64,000 nt of DNA from an uncultured cyanobacterium (GCA_963706595.1 OY970166.1:1312001-1376000), one strand, 5' to 3'. Shown: positions 51,860-62,713, counted from the stretch's first letter. Notes: generated by a model not told the origin, from the sequence alone. Numbers and translations are program-made.

Positions 51860-54385
51860 TTAGATGTTACAATCTACAAGTCTCGATGAGAGAGAAGAGA
51901 ACCGCCGCCGAAGAGACCCCCGCGATAGCGCACCGACCTGATACCAGGCAAGTACCGGGAGGTGTCCCTTTCCTGCTGAGATATGATAGGTTACTTCAAC
52001 TTCGTCACTTGAAATCCATCTCAACCGATTGTCCACTTTCCATCCAACATGATCGCCAAAATTTTCCCAAGCTTCTTTGTTATAGCTGCCGTCTAGCTTA
52101 CCACCAACGCTCAAGTAAATTTCTTTTTGAACGCTGAAGCCAAATTTTCCAGAGCTATATTTTACCCACAGGTCGTCAATTGTGTGGAGGTCGGTACAGG
52201 GAAAGTTTAATAATTCTTCACTCCTCAACCAGTCGCCTTCCTTACGTCCTACAGCCTGAAGCATTACCAGATAGGTTTCGCTGTCCGCTTCTTGCCATTG
52301 TTGGTATTTTAAGTAGTCCCGCAGTTTGGTATAGTCTATACCTCTCTCTGAACTGAGGTCATCTTGTGTTCCAGGGGAAACTTGTAGGAGTTTATCTACA
52401 TCAACTTCTGCCAAACTATATTTATCGTCTAGAGGCACAAATTCAAGTGTATCTGTTATCCATAGTGCAGGATAACGCAGCAGTTCAACTAATTTTTGAT
52501 ACTCACCCCAGTATTTTGTCGTTTCATTATATGAGCTAAAATCAGCAGGCTTTTTGAGCGCACCATGCTGTAAATTTTTCAGTAGCTGACGGTCAGTATT
52601 TAAATCAATAATCAATCTAGGAAATTTTAAACTGATAGCTGTAAACTTGCCTAACTGCTCTAATGTTAAAGGTTCATTTATAACCTTGTTCGATTCATCA
52701 GTTAATTCATCAAAGCTACCTGTATTACTAGCTATATAAGTTTTCAGTCTAAACAAATTAATAAACTGCTTTAAACGCCGGGGATTATAATCTAAAACTG
52801 GCGCAATCATTAAGATGATATCGCGCACATTTTGGGAATCTTCTGTAACTGCAAGCTTTAATCCTTCACGACGAGCTAATATTATTTTTTGTTTTGGGGT
52901 TGATTTGGGTTGAGTTCGTTGTCTCGGCGTTTTTCCTCCTGGTTGTTTTTTTCGTTGTATATTTATAAGCTGAGAAATAAATTTTAAGGAATTAACGATT
53001 TTCTGCCAGCAGGAATCCCAAAAGCTGTATGTCTTTTTTTGTGGTTGAGAAATCTTTACTAAAAAACGCTGAAATTCAGATTGAGTAGGTTGTGGAACTT
53101 GAAAAGGTATTTGAATAAACTTTTCCAGAAAACCATAACCGTATTCCAGACCTTTCTTATATGAAATAGAGGTATTGTGATGGTCAGCATTATCTGATAA
53201 ATAAGGAATTAAATCTTTATCCTTAACAGCAATCCCCGCCGCTACTTTTTCTCGATCCATACCTAAAATAAAAATTAACTGTGGATCGTTAGCTATCATC
53301 ATATTAATAGCCTGCATCAGTTCCGCAGACTTAGGAACCTCACAACGGTCTAGGTCATCAATAAAGACATAAACTTTGCTTTTACCAGCGTAGGCTTGAA
53401 CAATTTTCTTAAAATCTTCGTGGAATCTCTCAATAAAAGCAACTTGGTTTTCATAATCGGGAGTTTTAAGATATTTAGCCAGTTCATTTTTAGGATCACC
53501 ACCATTGAGAATTTTCAGTAATAAGGAAATATAGCCTATAACTGAAACCAGAGCGACTACACCCCTAAAAAGCAACCGGGGAATGTTGAATGGTGGTTGA
53601 AATATTTGCTTAATGGGAATATTGAATGGCTGTTGAAATACTTGAACAAGGATTTTCTGAATTTCACCCCCTTGCTGCAATAACTCATCTCCTTTGTATA
53701 CCGCTAAAACTGCAAAAGTGAAGAAAATACCAAGACCAAGCAGCGCTAAAGATATAAACCGAAACCCATTTTTTAAGTCAAAGCGCAGCCTGAACAAATT
53801 GATATTTACTATTAAAATATATAAAATATATAAGACATTACAGCTAAGTCGAGATATAGAAATTTGGCGGAGAAACTCTAGGGCGAAAGCTGCCCATAAG
53901 GCTTCTGCTTTATCGTGTTTCCAAGCATTGAACCAGATTGTTTTAGGCTTGAGTTGCAGCTTGTTAAGATTTAAACGTATCCACTTGTATATATTAATTA
54001 ATAGAGATAAAGATTTTTGTAAAATAAATGCGAGCAATGCACTAATTACTTTATGCAGGTTATTTGTTTCTATGATTTTTCTAATACTAGTCTCGGCTTG
54101 TCTTTGCAGTCTTCCTAAATGTACTTGTAACTCTTTTTCAAACTTTTTCTGCTCAAACTCCTCAATAGTTTTCTGGAGTTGCTTCATAAAAGAAGATTTG
54201 CCACTACCCCATTCACCTTCTATAGAAATGGTCAATGGAGGTTGAGTTACAGGATTGATTAAGAACTCTGCAATGGCTTCTACATAAGGTTTAAAACCAA
54301 GTTCATCTTCTGCTGCGGCTTGATCACTTACACTAGCGTTAAGAATAGACTCTTGTTGAAAACCGGAATTATCAGCACTGACCAT
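51860..54385 (-). CDS. KAP-family P-loop NTPase with TM insertions fused to a C-terminal GUN4-like domain
   Basis: GEWGSGKSSFM, FNAWKH, FIDDLDRC, FLEKFIQIPF, NPRRLKQFIN; then DYTKLRDYL..W.EAD.ET..FPCTDL.TID.LW..S.GKFGFSVQ..GHLP. Confidence 0.9.
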   Translation of the reverse strand: MVSADNSGFQQESILNASVSDQAAAEDELGFKPYVEAIAEFLINPVTQPPLTISIEGEWGSGKSSFMKQLQKTIEEFEQKKFEKELQVHLGRLQRQAETSIRKIIETNNLHKVISALLAFILQKSLSLLINIYKWIRLNLNKLQLKPKTIWFNAWKHDKAEALWAAFALEFLRQISISRLSCNVLYILYILIVNINLFRLRFDLKNGFRFISLALLGLGIFFTFAVLAVYKGDELLQQGGEIQKILVQVFQQPFNIPIKQIFQPPFNIPRLLFRGVVALVSVIGYISLLLKILNGGDPKNELAKYLKTPDYENQVAFIERFHEDFKKIVQAYAGKSKVYVFIDDLDRCEVPKSAELMQAINMMIANDPQLIFILGMDREKVAAGIAVKDKDLIPYLSDNADHHNTSISYKKGLEYGYGFLEKFIQIPFQVPQPTQSEFQRFLVKISQPQKKTYSFWDSCWQKIVNSLKFISQLINIQRKKQPGGKTPRQRTQPKSTPKQKIILARREGLKLAVTEDSQNVRDIILMIAPVLDYNPRRLKQFINLFRLKTYIASNTGSFDELTDESNKVINEPLTLEQLGKFTAISLKFPRLIIDLNTDRQLLKNLQHGALKKPADFSSYNETTKYWGEYQKLVELLRYPALWITDTLEFVPLDDKYSLAEVDVDKLLQVSPGTQDDLSSERGIDYTKLRDYLKYQQWQEADSETYLVMLQAVGRKEGDWLRSEELLNFPCTDLHTIDDLWVKYSSGKFGFSVQKEIYLSVGGKLDGSYNKEAWENFGDHVGWKVDNRLRWISSDEVEVTYHISAGKGHLPVLAWYQVGALSRGSLRRRFSSLSSRLVDCNI

Positions 54386-54654
54386 AACTATTTAAGTAAA
54401 CTTAACTATATAATACAGATTTAACCGTAATTAAATCTACCATATTTCAGAGAGTAGTTAAAAACTAGGGAATATAGAATTTTTTGCTCCCGATATTACT
54501 TTTCACACATCCCCTTAAAACCAAAAAAAACAACTCCTCAAATCCTCCTCTCTGCGACTCTGCGCCTCTGCGTGAGATTCATATCTTAATCATCAACAGT
54601 GACAAAATCGGGTTACTGTAAAATACAGGCCTTTCTCCGTTCCCTTTCACGTCA

Positions 54655-55902
54655 ATGAGTGCAGAAATTATTTGTGTTGGTACAGAACTCTTACTAGGGG
54701 ATATCCTCAACAGTAACTCGCAATATTTAGCCCAACAACTAGCCCAACTAGGGATACCCCACTACAATCAAACAGTCGTTGGCGATAACCCAGAAAGATT
54801 AAAGCAAGTTATAGAAATTGCTATATCAAGAGCGCAAATTCTTATTTTTACAGGTGGTCTTGGTCCCACACCCGACGACCTCACCTGCGAAACCATAGCA
54901 GATTTTTTTGGCGTTCCCTTGATAGAACGTCCAGAAATCATCGAAGACATCACTCAGAAATTCGCCCAACGTGGTCGGGTAATGTCACCCAGTAACCGCA
55001 AACAAGCATTAATTCCCCAAGGTGCAGACATTTTACCCAATCCCACTGGGACAGCACCCGGTATTATTTGGCAACCGCGCCCCGAAATCACGATTTTTAC
55101 CTTTCCTGGTGTCCCGTCAGAAATGCACCGGATGTGGACAGATACCGCAGTCCCTTATCTCAAAAATCAAGGCTGGGGAAAGGAGATTATTTACAGTCGG
55201 AGTTTAAGGTTTTGGGGTATTGGTGAATCTGCTTTAGCCGAAAAAGTTGCTCCCTACTTTAACTTACCTAATCCCACAGTCGCCCCTTATGCGGGTAAAG
55301 GTGAAGTCAGATTACGCATTTCCGCCAAGGCTGATTCCGAAGCGGCGGCTGAGGCTTTAATTTCACCTGTGGAAAAACAGCTAAAAGATATTGCTGGCTT
55401 AGATTATTACGGGGCTGATGATGAAACTTTAGCTTCTGTAGTTGGTAATTTGTTACGTTTATCAGGCGAAACCCTATCAGTAGCCGAATCCTGTACTGGT
55501 GGCGGTTTAGGACAAATGTTAACCGATATTTCTGGGAGTTCTGATTATTTTTGGGGTGGGGTAATTTCTTATGATAATTCGGTGAAGGTGGGGTTACTGG
55601 GAGTTAACCCAGAGGATTTAGATAAATTTGGGGCGGTGAGTGGTACTGTTGCAGAACAAATGGCGATGGGGGTAAAAACTCGCCTTTCCACTTCTTGGGG
55701 TTTAAGTGTCACTGGTATTGCTGGCCCAACTGGTGGAACGGATACGAAGCCGGTGGGTTTAGTTTACATCGGTTTAGCCAGTCCAAAAAATGAAGTGGCA
55801 AGTTTTGAGTATCGCTTTGGCGCGATGCGGGGACGTGATTTAATTCGTTATGTGAGTGGTTGCACGGCTTTGGATTTGCTGCGGCGCAAATTGATTAAGT
55901 AG
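54655..55902 (+). CDS. cinA: Competence/damage-inducible protein A
   Basis: VGTELLLG, GGLGPTPDDLT, VAESCTGG, TGIAGP. Confidence 0.96.
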   Translation: MSAEIICVGTELLLGDILNSNSQYLAQQLAQLGIPHYNQTVVGDNPERLKQVIEIAISRAQILIFTGGLGPTPDDLTCETIADFFGVPLIERPEIIEDITQKFAQRGRVMSPSNRKQALIPQGADILPNPTGTAPGIIWQPRPEITIFTFPGVPSEMHRMWTDTAVPYLKNQGWGKEIIYSRSLRFWGIGESALAEKVAPYFNLPNPTVAPYAGKGEVRLRISAKADSEAAAEALISPVEKQLKDIAGLDYYGADDETLASVVGNLLRLSGETLSVAESCTGGGLGQMLTDISGSSDYFWGGVISYDNSVKVGLLGVNPEDLDKFGAVSGTVAEQMAMGVKTRLSTSWGLSVTGIAGPTGGTDTKPVGLVYIGLASPKNEVASFEYRFGAMRGRDLIRYVSGCTALDLLRRKLIK

Positions 55903-55931
55903 TCATTTGTCATTAGCGGATTTAATAAAAT

Positions 55932-56006
55932 ACAGAACCTCACCCCCAACCCCTCTCCTTAGTAAGGAGAGGGGAGTCTTTGACGCAACTTTTTAGGCGG
56001 GGTGAT
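55932..56006 (+). repeat. REP-like palindromic unit (same family as 20773)
   Basis: AACCTCACCCCCAACCCCTCTCCTTAGTAAGGAGAGGGG. Confidence 0.88.
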
Positions 56007-56048
56007 TTCAAAAACCCGAATTTGGATGTTATTTAATTCATATTCCTA

Positions 56049-56192
56049 AGAGGTTGTTTTAAAAGTGTCTATCTGTGATTTTAGGCACTTATTGACCCCC
56101 TAGCCCGGTGATCAAAGTCCCCCTTGAAAAGGAGGATTTAGGGGTATCTAGAATGTTTTGCTCCCGAAAATATGACTTTTAAAACAACCTCT
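56049..56192. mobile_element. MITE with 18-bp terminal inverted repeats
   Basis: AGAGGTTGTTTTAAAAGT / ACTTTTAAAACAACCTCT. Confidence 0.8.
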
Positions 56193-56230
56193 CATGACCA
56201 ATGACTAATGACTAATAACCAATGACCAAT

Positions 56231-57292
56231 TTATTCCGTTTCTATGAACTCTATAGTTTCTACAAAGTCTAAAATATTTTCCTGAATGTCTTGGGCTTCT
56301 TCTTTAATTGAACTTGGTTTTTCACCGTTAAAAAAGCTGTGCTGGCTGCTAACTATATACAAATAGTTAGAATGCATAAATGCTAGCAGCCCTCTGTATG
56401 CATCTAGTCTGGTGGCTGTGCCGTTATTTTTGGACTGGGAAATTGTTGAACCTTGGGGCATATCAATGAGGGCAAAGAAAGAACCTTCAACCGCATCTTT
56501 CAAATATTCAGTATATCTGACCTCAGCCTTGGGCAAATTAGTAAAAATGGCTTCTGGTACATACTTGTTTAGTAGAATTGATTGCAAATATTCTTCTTGT
56601 CCAATAGATTCTACTTCTTCTAATTGTTCTGAGGAAATGGGATAGTGATCAATTCTCAGCATAGTACCGAAGTTATCAAAAAAGCCGACTACCCCCTCTT
56701 CACTTTCTACTTTACCTCCCTGCTGTGGATCAACAGGAATCGGGACTGAAAAATTACCGGAGGGCGATTCATATATCTCGTCGCCATAATCTTTGACTAT
56801 TACTGTGTCTTCTTCGTCATCTAGGTAAATTTCGTTTTCTGCTTCTTGATAAGCGGCGATTACTTCCTGTGTAATTTCATGGGCTTCTTCATCTTCCAGG
56901 TCTAAGGCTTGCTGTAACTGTTTGAGATAGGGCTGTTTCTGTTGGGGGATAATTAAATCGTCTTCATCTATCGTCACCATTACCCCGACAGCAAAAGCAT
57001 CCAGAACTAGTTCATCTGAAAGGCTTTTACTAGCGACATTAAATAGGGTTCCTATGCCCTCATCTTCTGCAATCCCGATGAGTCTATCGACTATTTGGGC
57101 AATTTCCTCTTCTGAGTATTCCTCAAAAACCTCAAAGTCCCAAAGGATACTCGCTAAAACTTCTGCATCTACGTCCTCTACGGACAAATCAGCCATTTCC
57201 GTGACAACTGCGATCGCGGCTACGGCTTCTTCTGGACTCAGTGATTCTTCTGTGGTCTTTGTTGAATTAAAAATCTTGTCATATTTAGTCAT
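56231..57292 (-). CDS. Highly acidic protein with N-terminal TerB-like domain
   Basis: LSPEEAVAAIAVV..AD..LF..A..L..EL..AFAV..L..LQQALDL pattern of cyanobacterial TerB-like proteins. Confidence 0.65.
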   Translation of the reverse strand: MTKYDKIFNSTKTTEESLSPEEAVAAIAVVTEMADLSVEDVDAEVLASILWDFEVFEEYSEEEIAQIVDRLIGIAEDEGIGTLFNVASKSLSDELVLDAFAVGVMVTIDEDDLIIPQQKQPYLKQLQQALDLEDEEAHEITQEVIAAYQEAENEIYLDDEEDTVIVKDYGDEIYESPSGNFSVPIPVDPQQGGKVESEEGVVGFFDNFGTMLRIDHYPISSEQLEEVESIGQEEYLQSILLNKYVPEAIFTNLPKAEVRYTEYLKDAVEGSFFALIDMPQGSTISQSKNNGTATRLDAYRGLLAFMHSNYLYIVSSQHSFFNGEKPSSIKEEAQDIQENILDFVETIEFIETE

Positions 57293-57645
57293 AATTACTA
57301 CCTCCTATGTTGGCTATTACTCACAGCTTAAAAGTAACAATGGTCAATTCAATGAGAACAGGGGATTGATTTAGTCAGCTTGGTGTATTGTGTAACCTTA
57401 AGATGCTTGAATATTTTATCCTTTATACTTACTTTACAATTCAATTCTCATAGCGGTAATCATCTTTTGCTTTAATCTGGTGGCAAATGAATTTTATCTA
57501 TGGGTAGAAATATCAACTACCTAGCGATAGATTTATATACCAAGGGTAGGATGCCATAATACCGTTGTTTGTAGTGACACATGGTAATACCAATACTGTA
57601 TTCATGGTTCTGCAAACTTTACTTTCAGAAAATTTTGCATCTTCT

Positions 57646-59571
57646 ATGGTTAACTCGCCATCTCAGTTCTCACCGGATCAATATAAAGTAGATTCTGCCA
57701 GTCTAGAAGTAGAATCTCTGATAGCAACACCCTCATCAGATACTGAAATTGATTTAGAGTTTCTTTACACCAGAGATATTGAATTTCGACAAGAAACTAT
57801 TTACTTTCTGGTGGTAGACCGCTTTTATGAAGGTGATCCAGAGAACAGCAAAGGTACCAATTCAGACCTTTACGATGGTACTGCACAAGATTGGGGTAAA
57901 TACTGGGGTGGTGACTTGCAAGGTGTGATCGATAAATTGGACTACCTGAAAAATATGGGAGTGACGGCTGTTTGGTTAACTCCCCTGTTTGAACAAGTGG
58001 ACGATTTATTTATCAGCAATGCAGCCATGCATGGTTATTGGACAAAAGACTTTAAACGCATCAATCCGCGCTACATTGCTAAGGGGGAAAACCCTTCTTT
58101 AAATGAAACCCAAGAAGCTAAAAATACGACATTTGATCGGTTAGTTACCGAACTGCACCAGCGCCGGATGAAGCTGGTGCTGGATATTGTCTGCAATCAC
58201 AGTACCCCGGATACTAACGGTAGTAAGGGTGAATTATATGATGATGGCGTGAAAATTGCTGACTTCAATGATGATGTCAATCACTGGTATCATCATTATG
58301 GGGAAGTGCAAAACTGGGAAGATGATTGGCAAGTGCAAAATTGTGAACTAGCTGGTTTGGCTACGTTCAATGAAAATAATACTGAATATCGCCAGTATAT
58401 CAAGTCAGCAATTAAACAATGGCTAGACCGGGGTGTTGATGCACTACGGGTGGATACTGTCAAGCACATGCCTATCTGGTTTTGGCAAGAGTTCACCGGT
58501 GATCTGAGCAATCACAAACCAGATGTATTTATTTTTGGTGAATGGATTTATAATCATCCAAGTGATGATTTATCGGTGGAATTTGCCAATAACTCCGGCA
58601 TGACTACGCTAGATTTTGCGCTGTGTATGGCGATTCGTTCGGCATTAGCACAGGGCGCAGAAAACGGATTTCAAGGTATTCAAGAGATTTTTGACCAGGA
58701 TTATCGTTACAATGGGGCGACTGAGTTAATCACCTTCATTGATAACCACGATATGTGCCGCTTCCAGTCGCTGAACCCTGATCCAGCGATGTTGAAGGTG
58801 GCGATCGCACTGATTATGACAGTTCGTGGTATTCCCTGTATATATTATGGTACAGAACAGTATCTCCATGATGATACTAACGGCGGTAACGACCCCTACA
58901 ACCGCCCGATGATGGACAAGTGGGATACTGAAACTGAAATTTACCGTGTCCTGCGATTGCTGTCTGGCTTACGGCGGCTCAATCCTGCCATCTCAATGGG
59001 TAGTCAGTGGCAAAAATACCTCACCCCCGATGTTTACTGCTATATACGCCGCTATCGTGACTCTGTATGCTTTGTAGCACTGAACCGGGGAGGAGAGGTG
59101 ACTTTACCAGAAGTGGTAACAGAATTACCTGATGGCGAACATACCTGCGTAATTACGCGTAATAAGTATGAAGTCAAAGATGGTAAGGTTTATAACTTGC
59201 CACTGGAAGAACGGGGCGTAATTGTTTTCAGCCACGTGGGAGAACGGATCAAAGCGCAAACTATCGTGCGGGTACAACTGAATGGGGTGTATACCCAACC
59301 CGGTGAAAGCATTGTAGTCACAGGAGACTGTCCAGAGTTAGGTAACTGGGATATCAGCAAGGCTTATCCCTTAGAGTATATTAACTCCAACACTTGGTTT
59401 GCAGAGATTCCCTTTGATGAAAGTGTCGGTAACTTGATTAGTTACAAGTATGCTATGTGGCGGGAAGGGCGATCGCCTCTGCGAGAAAATCTCGTCAATC
59501 GCCGTTGGGTAATAGCCAAGGAAGGCACTGTCAAATGGCGTGATACTTGGGCTTCAGGGAGGGAATCTTAG
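57646..59571 (+). CDS. Alpha-amylase / CGTase-like GH13 with C-terminal CBM20
   Basis: YWGGDLQG, HGYW, DALRVDTVKH, FGEW, FIDNHD; CBM20 VVTGDCPELGNWD; start 57646 preferred. Confidence 0.92.
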   Translation: MVNSPSQFSPDQYKVDSASLEVESLIATPSSDTEIDLEFLYTRDIEFRQETIYFLVVDRFYEGDPENSKGTNSDLYDGTAQDWGKYWGGDLQGVIDKLDYLKNMGVTAVWLTPLFEQVDDLFISNAAMHGYWTKDFKRINPRYIAKGENPSLNETQEAKNTTFDRLVTELHQRRMKLVLDIVCNHSTPDTNGSKGELYDDGVKIADFNDDVNHWYHHYGEVQNWEDDWQVQNCELAGLATFNENNTEYRQYIKSAIKQWLDRGVDALRVDTVKHMPIWFWQEFTGDLSNHKPDVFIFGEWIYNHPSDDLSVEFANNSGMTTLDFALCMAIRSALAQGAENGFQGIQEIFDQDYRYNGATELITFIDNHDMCRFQSLNPDPAMLKVAIALIMTVRGIPCIYYGTEQYLHDDTNGGNDPYNRPMMDKWDTETEIYRVLRLLSGLRRLNPAISMGSQWQKYLTPDVYCYIRRYRDSVCFVALNRGGEVTLPEVVTELPDGEHTCVITRNKYEVKDGKVYNLPLEERGVIVFSHVGERIKAQTIVRVQLNGVYTQPGESIVVTGDCPELGNWDISKAYPLEYINSNTWFAEIPFDESVGNLISYKYAMWREGRSPLRENLVNRRWVIAKEGTVKWRDTWASGRES

Positions 59572-59610
59572 CGGGAGTGGGGAGTGGGGAGTGGGGAGTA
59601 GGAGTGGGGA

Positions 59611-60015
59611 CTATTTACTGGGTTGGGATATGCGGGCTTCAATATCTTCCAAGGTTTGTAACAATAAACGCTTCGCTTGTAATTTCCAACCCCACTTTTG
59701 GATTCGGAAAGCGGCGACTGTCCCCACCCCACCTACTAATAAAAGCACGGGCTGATTTAGAGAAATTCCGAATAATAAGCCCAAGCCGGCAATTCCCCAA
59801 AATGGTAAAGCTGCGGCTTGCCTTTGTTCTTCGACAATATTAGTAAATATACTAGGTTTCATAGTAGTTAATAATTCAGCTTTAATTTGCCGTTGTTCTG
59901 CTAGTGATACAGACAAACTGATTTTACGGCGCATTTTTTCGATTTTGCGGGCATCACTGCTGTATTCAGTTAGCTCATCTTCTGCCATTTGTAGTAGTCG
60001 TTCTAGTTGCGCCAT
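59611..60015 (-). CDS. Hypothetical membrane protein (2 TM)
   Basis: MAQLERLL..ALPFWGIAGLGLLFGIS; ATG 60015 preferred. Confidence 0.75.
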   Translation of the reverse strand: MAQLERLLQMAEDELTEYSSDARKIEKMRRKISLSVSLAEQRQIKAELLTTMKPSIFTNIVEEQRQAAALPFWGIAGLGLLFGISLNQPVLLLVGGVGTVAAFRIQKWGWKLQAKRLLLQTLEDIEARISQPSK

Positions 60016-60194
60016 TTTGCCAGAAATTTTGGATTTTAATATTGCTATTATCGCGGAAAATGTTAAACTTTCCTCACTTATCCGGTTGCATCTCATAGCA
60101 CGATACCAAATCTTAAAACTAAAATTAAATATAGGGAAAATATCCTAGTTATCAGTTTCTGACAACCAGAGCGTCTACTTGAGAGGTAATACAG

Positions 60195-62645
60195 ATGGTT
60201 ACGGTATCTCAAAACACATTGACTCAAACTAATAAAGCGCGATCGCTGATTCTCTGGTTTGATGAAGTTGGTATTACTGATATCCCGCTAGTGGGGGGAA
60301 AAAATGCCTCACTAGGGGAAATGATTCAACAATTGACACCTCAAGGCGTGAACGTTCCCACAGGATTTGCTACCACGGCTTATGCTTATCGGTATTTCAT
60401 TGAGTCGGCTGGGTTAGAAGCACAGTTACGCGAACTCTTTGCGGATCTCGATGTTGAGGATGTGAAAAATTTGCAGGTCCGGGGCAAACAAGCGCGATCG
60501 CTACTCATGCACACACCGTTTCCTGTAGACTTAAGGGATGCGATCGCCTCAGCATATCTGAAACTCTGCGAACAATACAACACAGATACAGATGTCGCCG
60601 TCCGTTCTAGCGCCACAGCAGAAGACCTCCCCGACGCAAGTTTTGCGGGACAGCAAGAAAGTTACTTAAACGTCGTCGGAGTCCAAGGAGTTTTAGCAGC
60701 TTGTCATCGCTGCTTTGCGTCCATATTCACCGACCGCGCCATTTCCTATCGCCACACCAAAGGATTTAATCACTTTAGCATTGCCCTCGCCGTCGGCGTA
60801 CAAAAAATGGTACGTTCTGACTTAGCCACATCTGGAGTCATGTTCTCCATAGACACCGAAACCGGATTTAAAGATGCAGCACTAATTACCGCCGCCTACG
60901 GTTTAGGCGAAAACGTAGTTCAAGGAACCATTAACCCCGATGAATACTATGTTTTCAAGCCCACATTAAAAACAGGTTTCCGCCCCATCATCAATAAAAA
61001 ATTGGGCAGCAAAGAACTGAAAATGATCTATGATGATGGCTCAAAATTCACTAAAAATGTCGCCGTCTCCCCCACAGAACAAAGTAAATTTGCTCTCAGT
61101 GACGCAGAAATTTTACAACTAGCACATTGGGCTTGTTTAATAGAAGACCATTATTCTCAAACCCACGGACATTACTCCCCAATGGATATCGAGTGGGCGA
61201 AAGACGGAATTACCAATCAACTTTTTGTAGTCCAAGCGCGACCCGAAACAGTCCAGTCGCAGAAAACAGGAAACGTCTTGCGGAGTTATCGTTTCCTGAA
61301 CACAGATAAAGAAGTAAAATTCCCCCATTCCCTAGTCACCGGTTGCGCTGTGGGAGAAGCAATTAGTCAAGGTAAAGTACATCTAATTTTAGATGTGAAT
61401 AAAATCGACCAATTCCAAGCCGGCGATGTGTTGGTAACAGAAAGAACAGACCCCGACTGGGAACCGATAATGAAACGCGCTAGTGCTATTGTCACCAACT
61501 CCGGGGGGCGCACCTGTCACGCGGCGATTATTGCGCGAGAATTGGGAGTCCCCGCCATTGTTGGCTGTAGCAATGGGACAGAAGTCTTAAAAACTGGTCA
61601 AGAGGTAACAATTTCTTGCGCCGAGGGGGAAGAAGGCAAAGTTTATCCTGGTTTATTACCCTTTGAAATTAAAGAAGTTCTCCTAGAAAACTTACCCCGC
61701 ACCCGTACCCAAATTTTAATGAATGTGGGAAATCCTCAAGAAGCATTGAGTTTATCTGCAATTCCCAATGATGGCGTAGGTTTAGCCCGCACAGAATTTA
61801 TCATCGCCAACCAAATCCAAATTCATCCCATGGCGTTGATTCATTATGACAAGTTAGAAGATAAATTTGTCAAAGCCAAAATTCATCAAATTACTGCCCT
61901 TTACGACGATAAACCCCAGTATTTTGTTGATAAATTATCCCAAGGTATCGGCAGAATTGCGGCGGCTTTTTATCCTAAGCCAGTAATTGTGAGAATGTCA
62001 GATTTCAAAAGTAATGAATATGCTAATCTTTTAGGTGGTCAGCAATTTGAACCCAAAGAAGAAAACCCCATGCTGGGTTGGCGGGGTGCAGCGCGCTACT
62101 ATGACACAGGATATCAAGAAGCTTTTGCCTTAGAGTGTGAATCTATCAAACGAGTTCGTGAGGAAATGGGTTTAACTAACGTGATCCCGATGATTCCCTT
62201 CTGTCGCACACCCGATGAAGGGCGGATGGTGTTAGCAGAAATGGCAAAAAATGATTTAAAACAGGGTGTAAACGACTTGCAAGTGTATGTAATGTGCGAG
62301 TTACCCAATAATGTCATTATGGCTGAAGAATTTGCCGAAGTTTTTGATGGCTTCTCCATTGGTTCCAATGACTTAACTCAGCTAACATTAGGCATAGATC
62401 GAGATTCAGCATTAGTGGCGCGGTTATTTGATGAACGCAGTCAGGGTGTGAAGCGCATGGTAAAAATGGCTATAGAAGCGGCGAAAAAACATCACCGCAA
62501 AATCGGTATTTGTGGACAAGCACCCAGCGATTACCCAGAATTTGCCCAGTTTTTAGTAGAACAGGGAATTGATTCTATCAGTCTGAATCCAGATTCGGTG
62601 TTAAAAACAATGTTGGAAATTGCCAAAGTGGAGAAAAATATCTAG
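60195..62645 (+). CDS. ppsA: Phosphoenolpyruvate synthase
   Basis: VGGKNASLGEM, RSSATAEDLP, GGRTCHAAIIARE, GFSIGSNDLTQ. Confidence 0.98.
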   Translation: MVTVSQNTLTQTNKARSLILWFDEVGITDIPLVGGKNASLGEMIQQLTPQGVNVPTGFATTAYAYRYFIESAGLEAQLRELFADLDVEDVKNLQVRGKQARSLLMHTPFPVDLRDAIASAYLKLCEQYNTDTDVAVRSSATAEDLPDASFAGQQESYLNVVGVQGVLAACHRCFASIFTDRAISYRHTKGFNHFSIALAVGVQKMVRSDLATSGVMFSIDTETGFKDAALITAAYGLGENVVQGTINPDEYYVFKPTLKTGFRPIINKKLGSKELKMIYDDGSKFTKNVAVSPTEQSKFALSDAEILQLAHWACLIEDHYSQTHGHYSPMDIEWAKDGITNQLFVVQARPETVQSQKTGNVLRSYRFLNTDKEVKFPHSLVTGCAVGEAISQGKVHLILDVNKIDQFQAGDVLVTERTDPDWEPIMKRASAIVTNSGGRTCHAAIIARELGVPAIVGCSNGTEVLKTGQEVTISCAEGEEGKVYPGLLPFEIKEVLLENLPRTRTQILMNVGNPQEALSLSAIPNDGVGLARTEFIIANQIQIHPMALIHYDKLEDKFVKAKIHQITALYDDKPQYFVDKLSQGIGRIAAAFYPKPVIVRMSDFKSNEYANLLGGQQFEPKEENPMLGWRGAARYYDTGYQEAFALECESIKRVREEMGLTNVIPMIPFCRTPDEGRMVLAEMAKNDLKQGVNDLQVYVMCELPNNVIMAEEFAEVFDGFSIGSNDLTQLTLGIDRDSALVARLFDERSQGVKRMVKMAIEAAKKHHRKIGICGQAPSDYPEFAQFLVEQGIDSISLNPDSVLKTMLEIAKVEKNI

Positions 62646-62713
62646 ATAATTAGAGGTTTGTAGTTAAGGCTTTAGCCTTCTCTTCAGGACTAAAGTCCTG
62701 ACTACTAACAATT

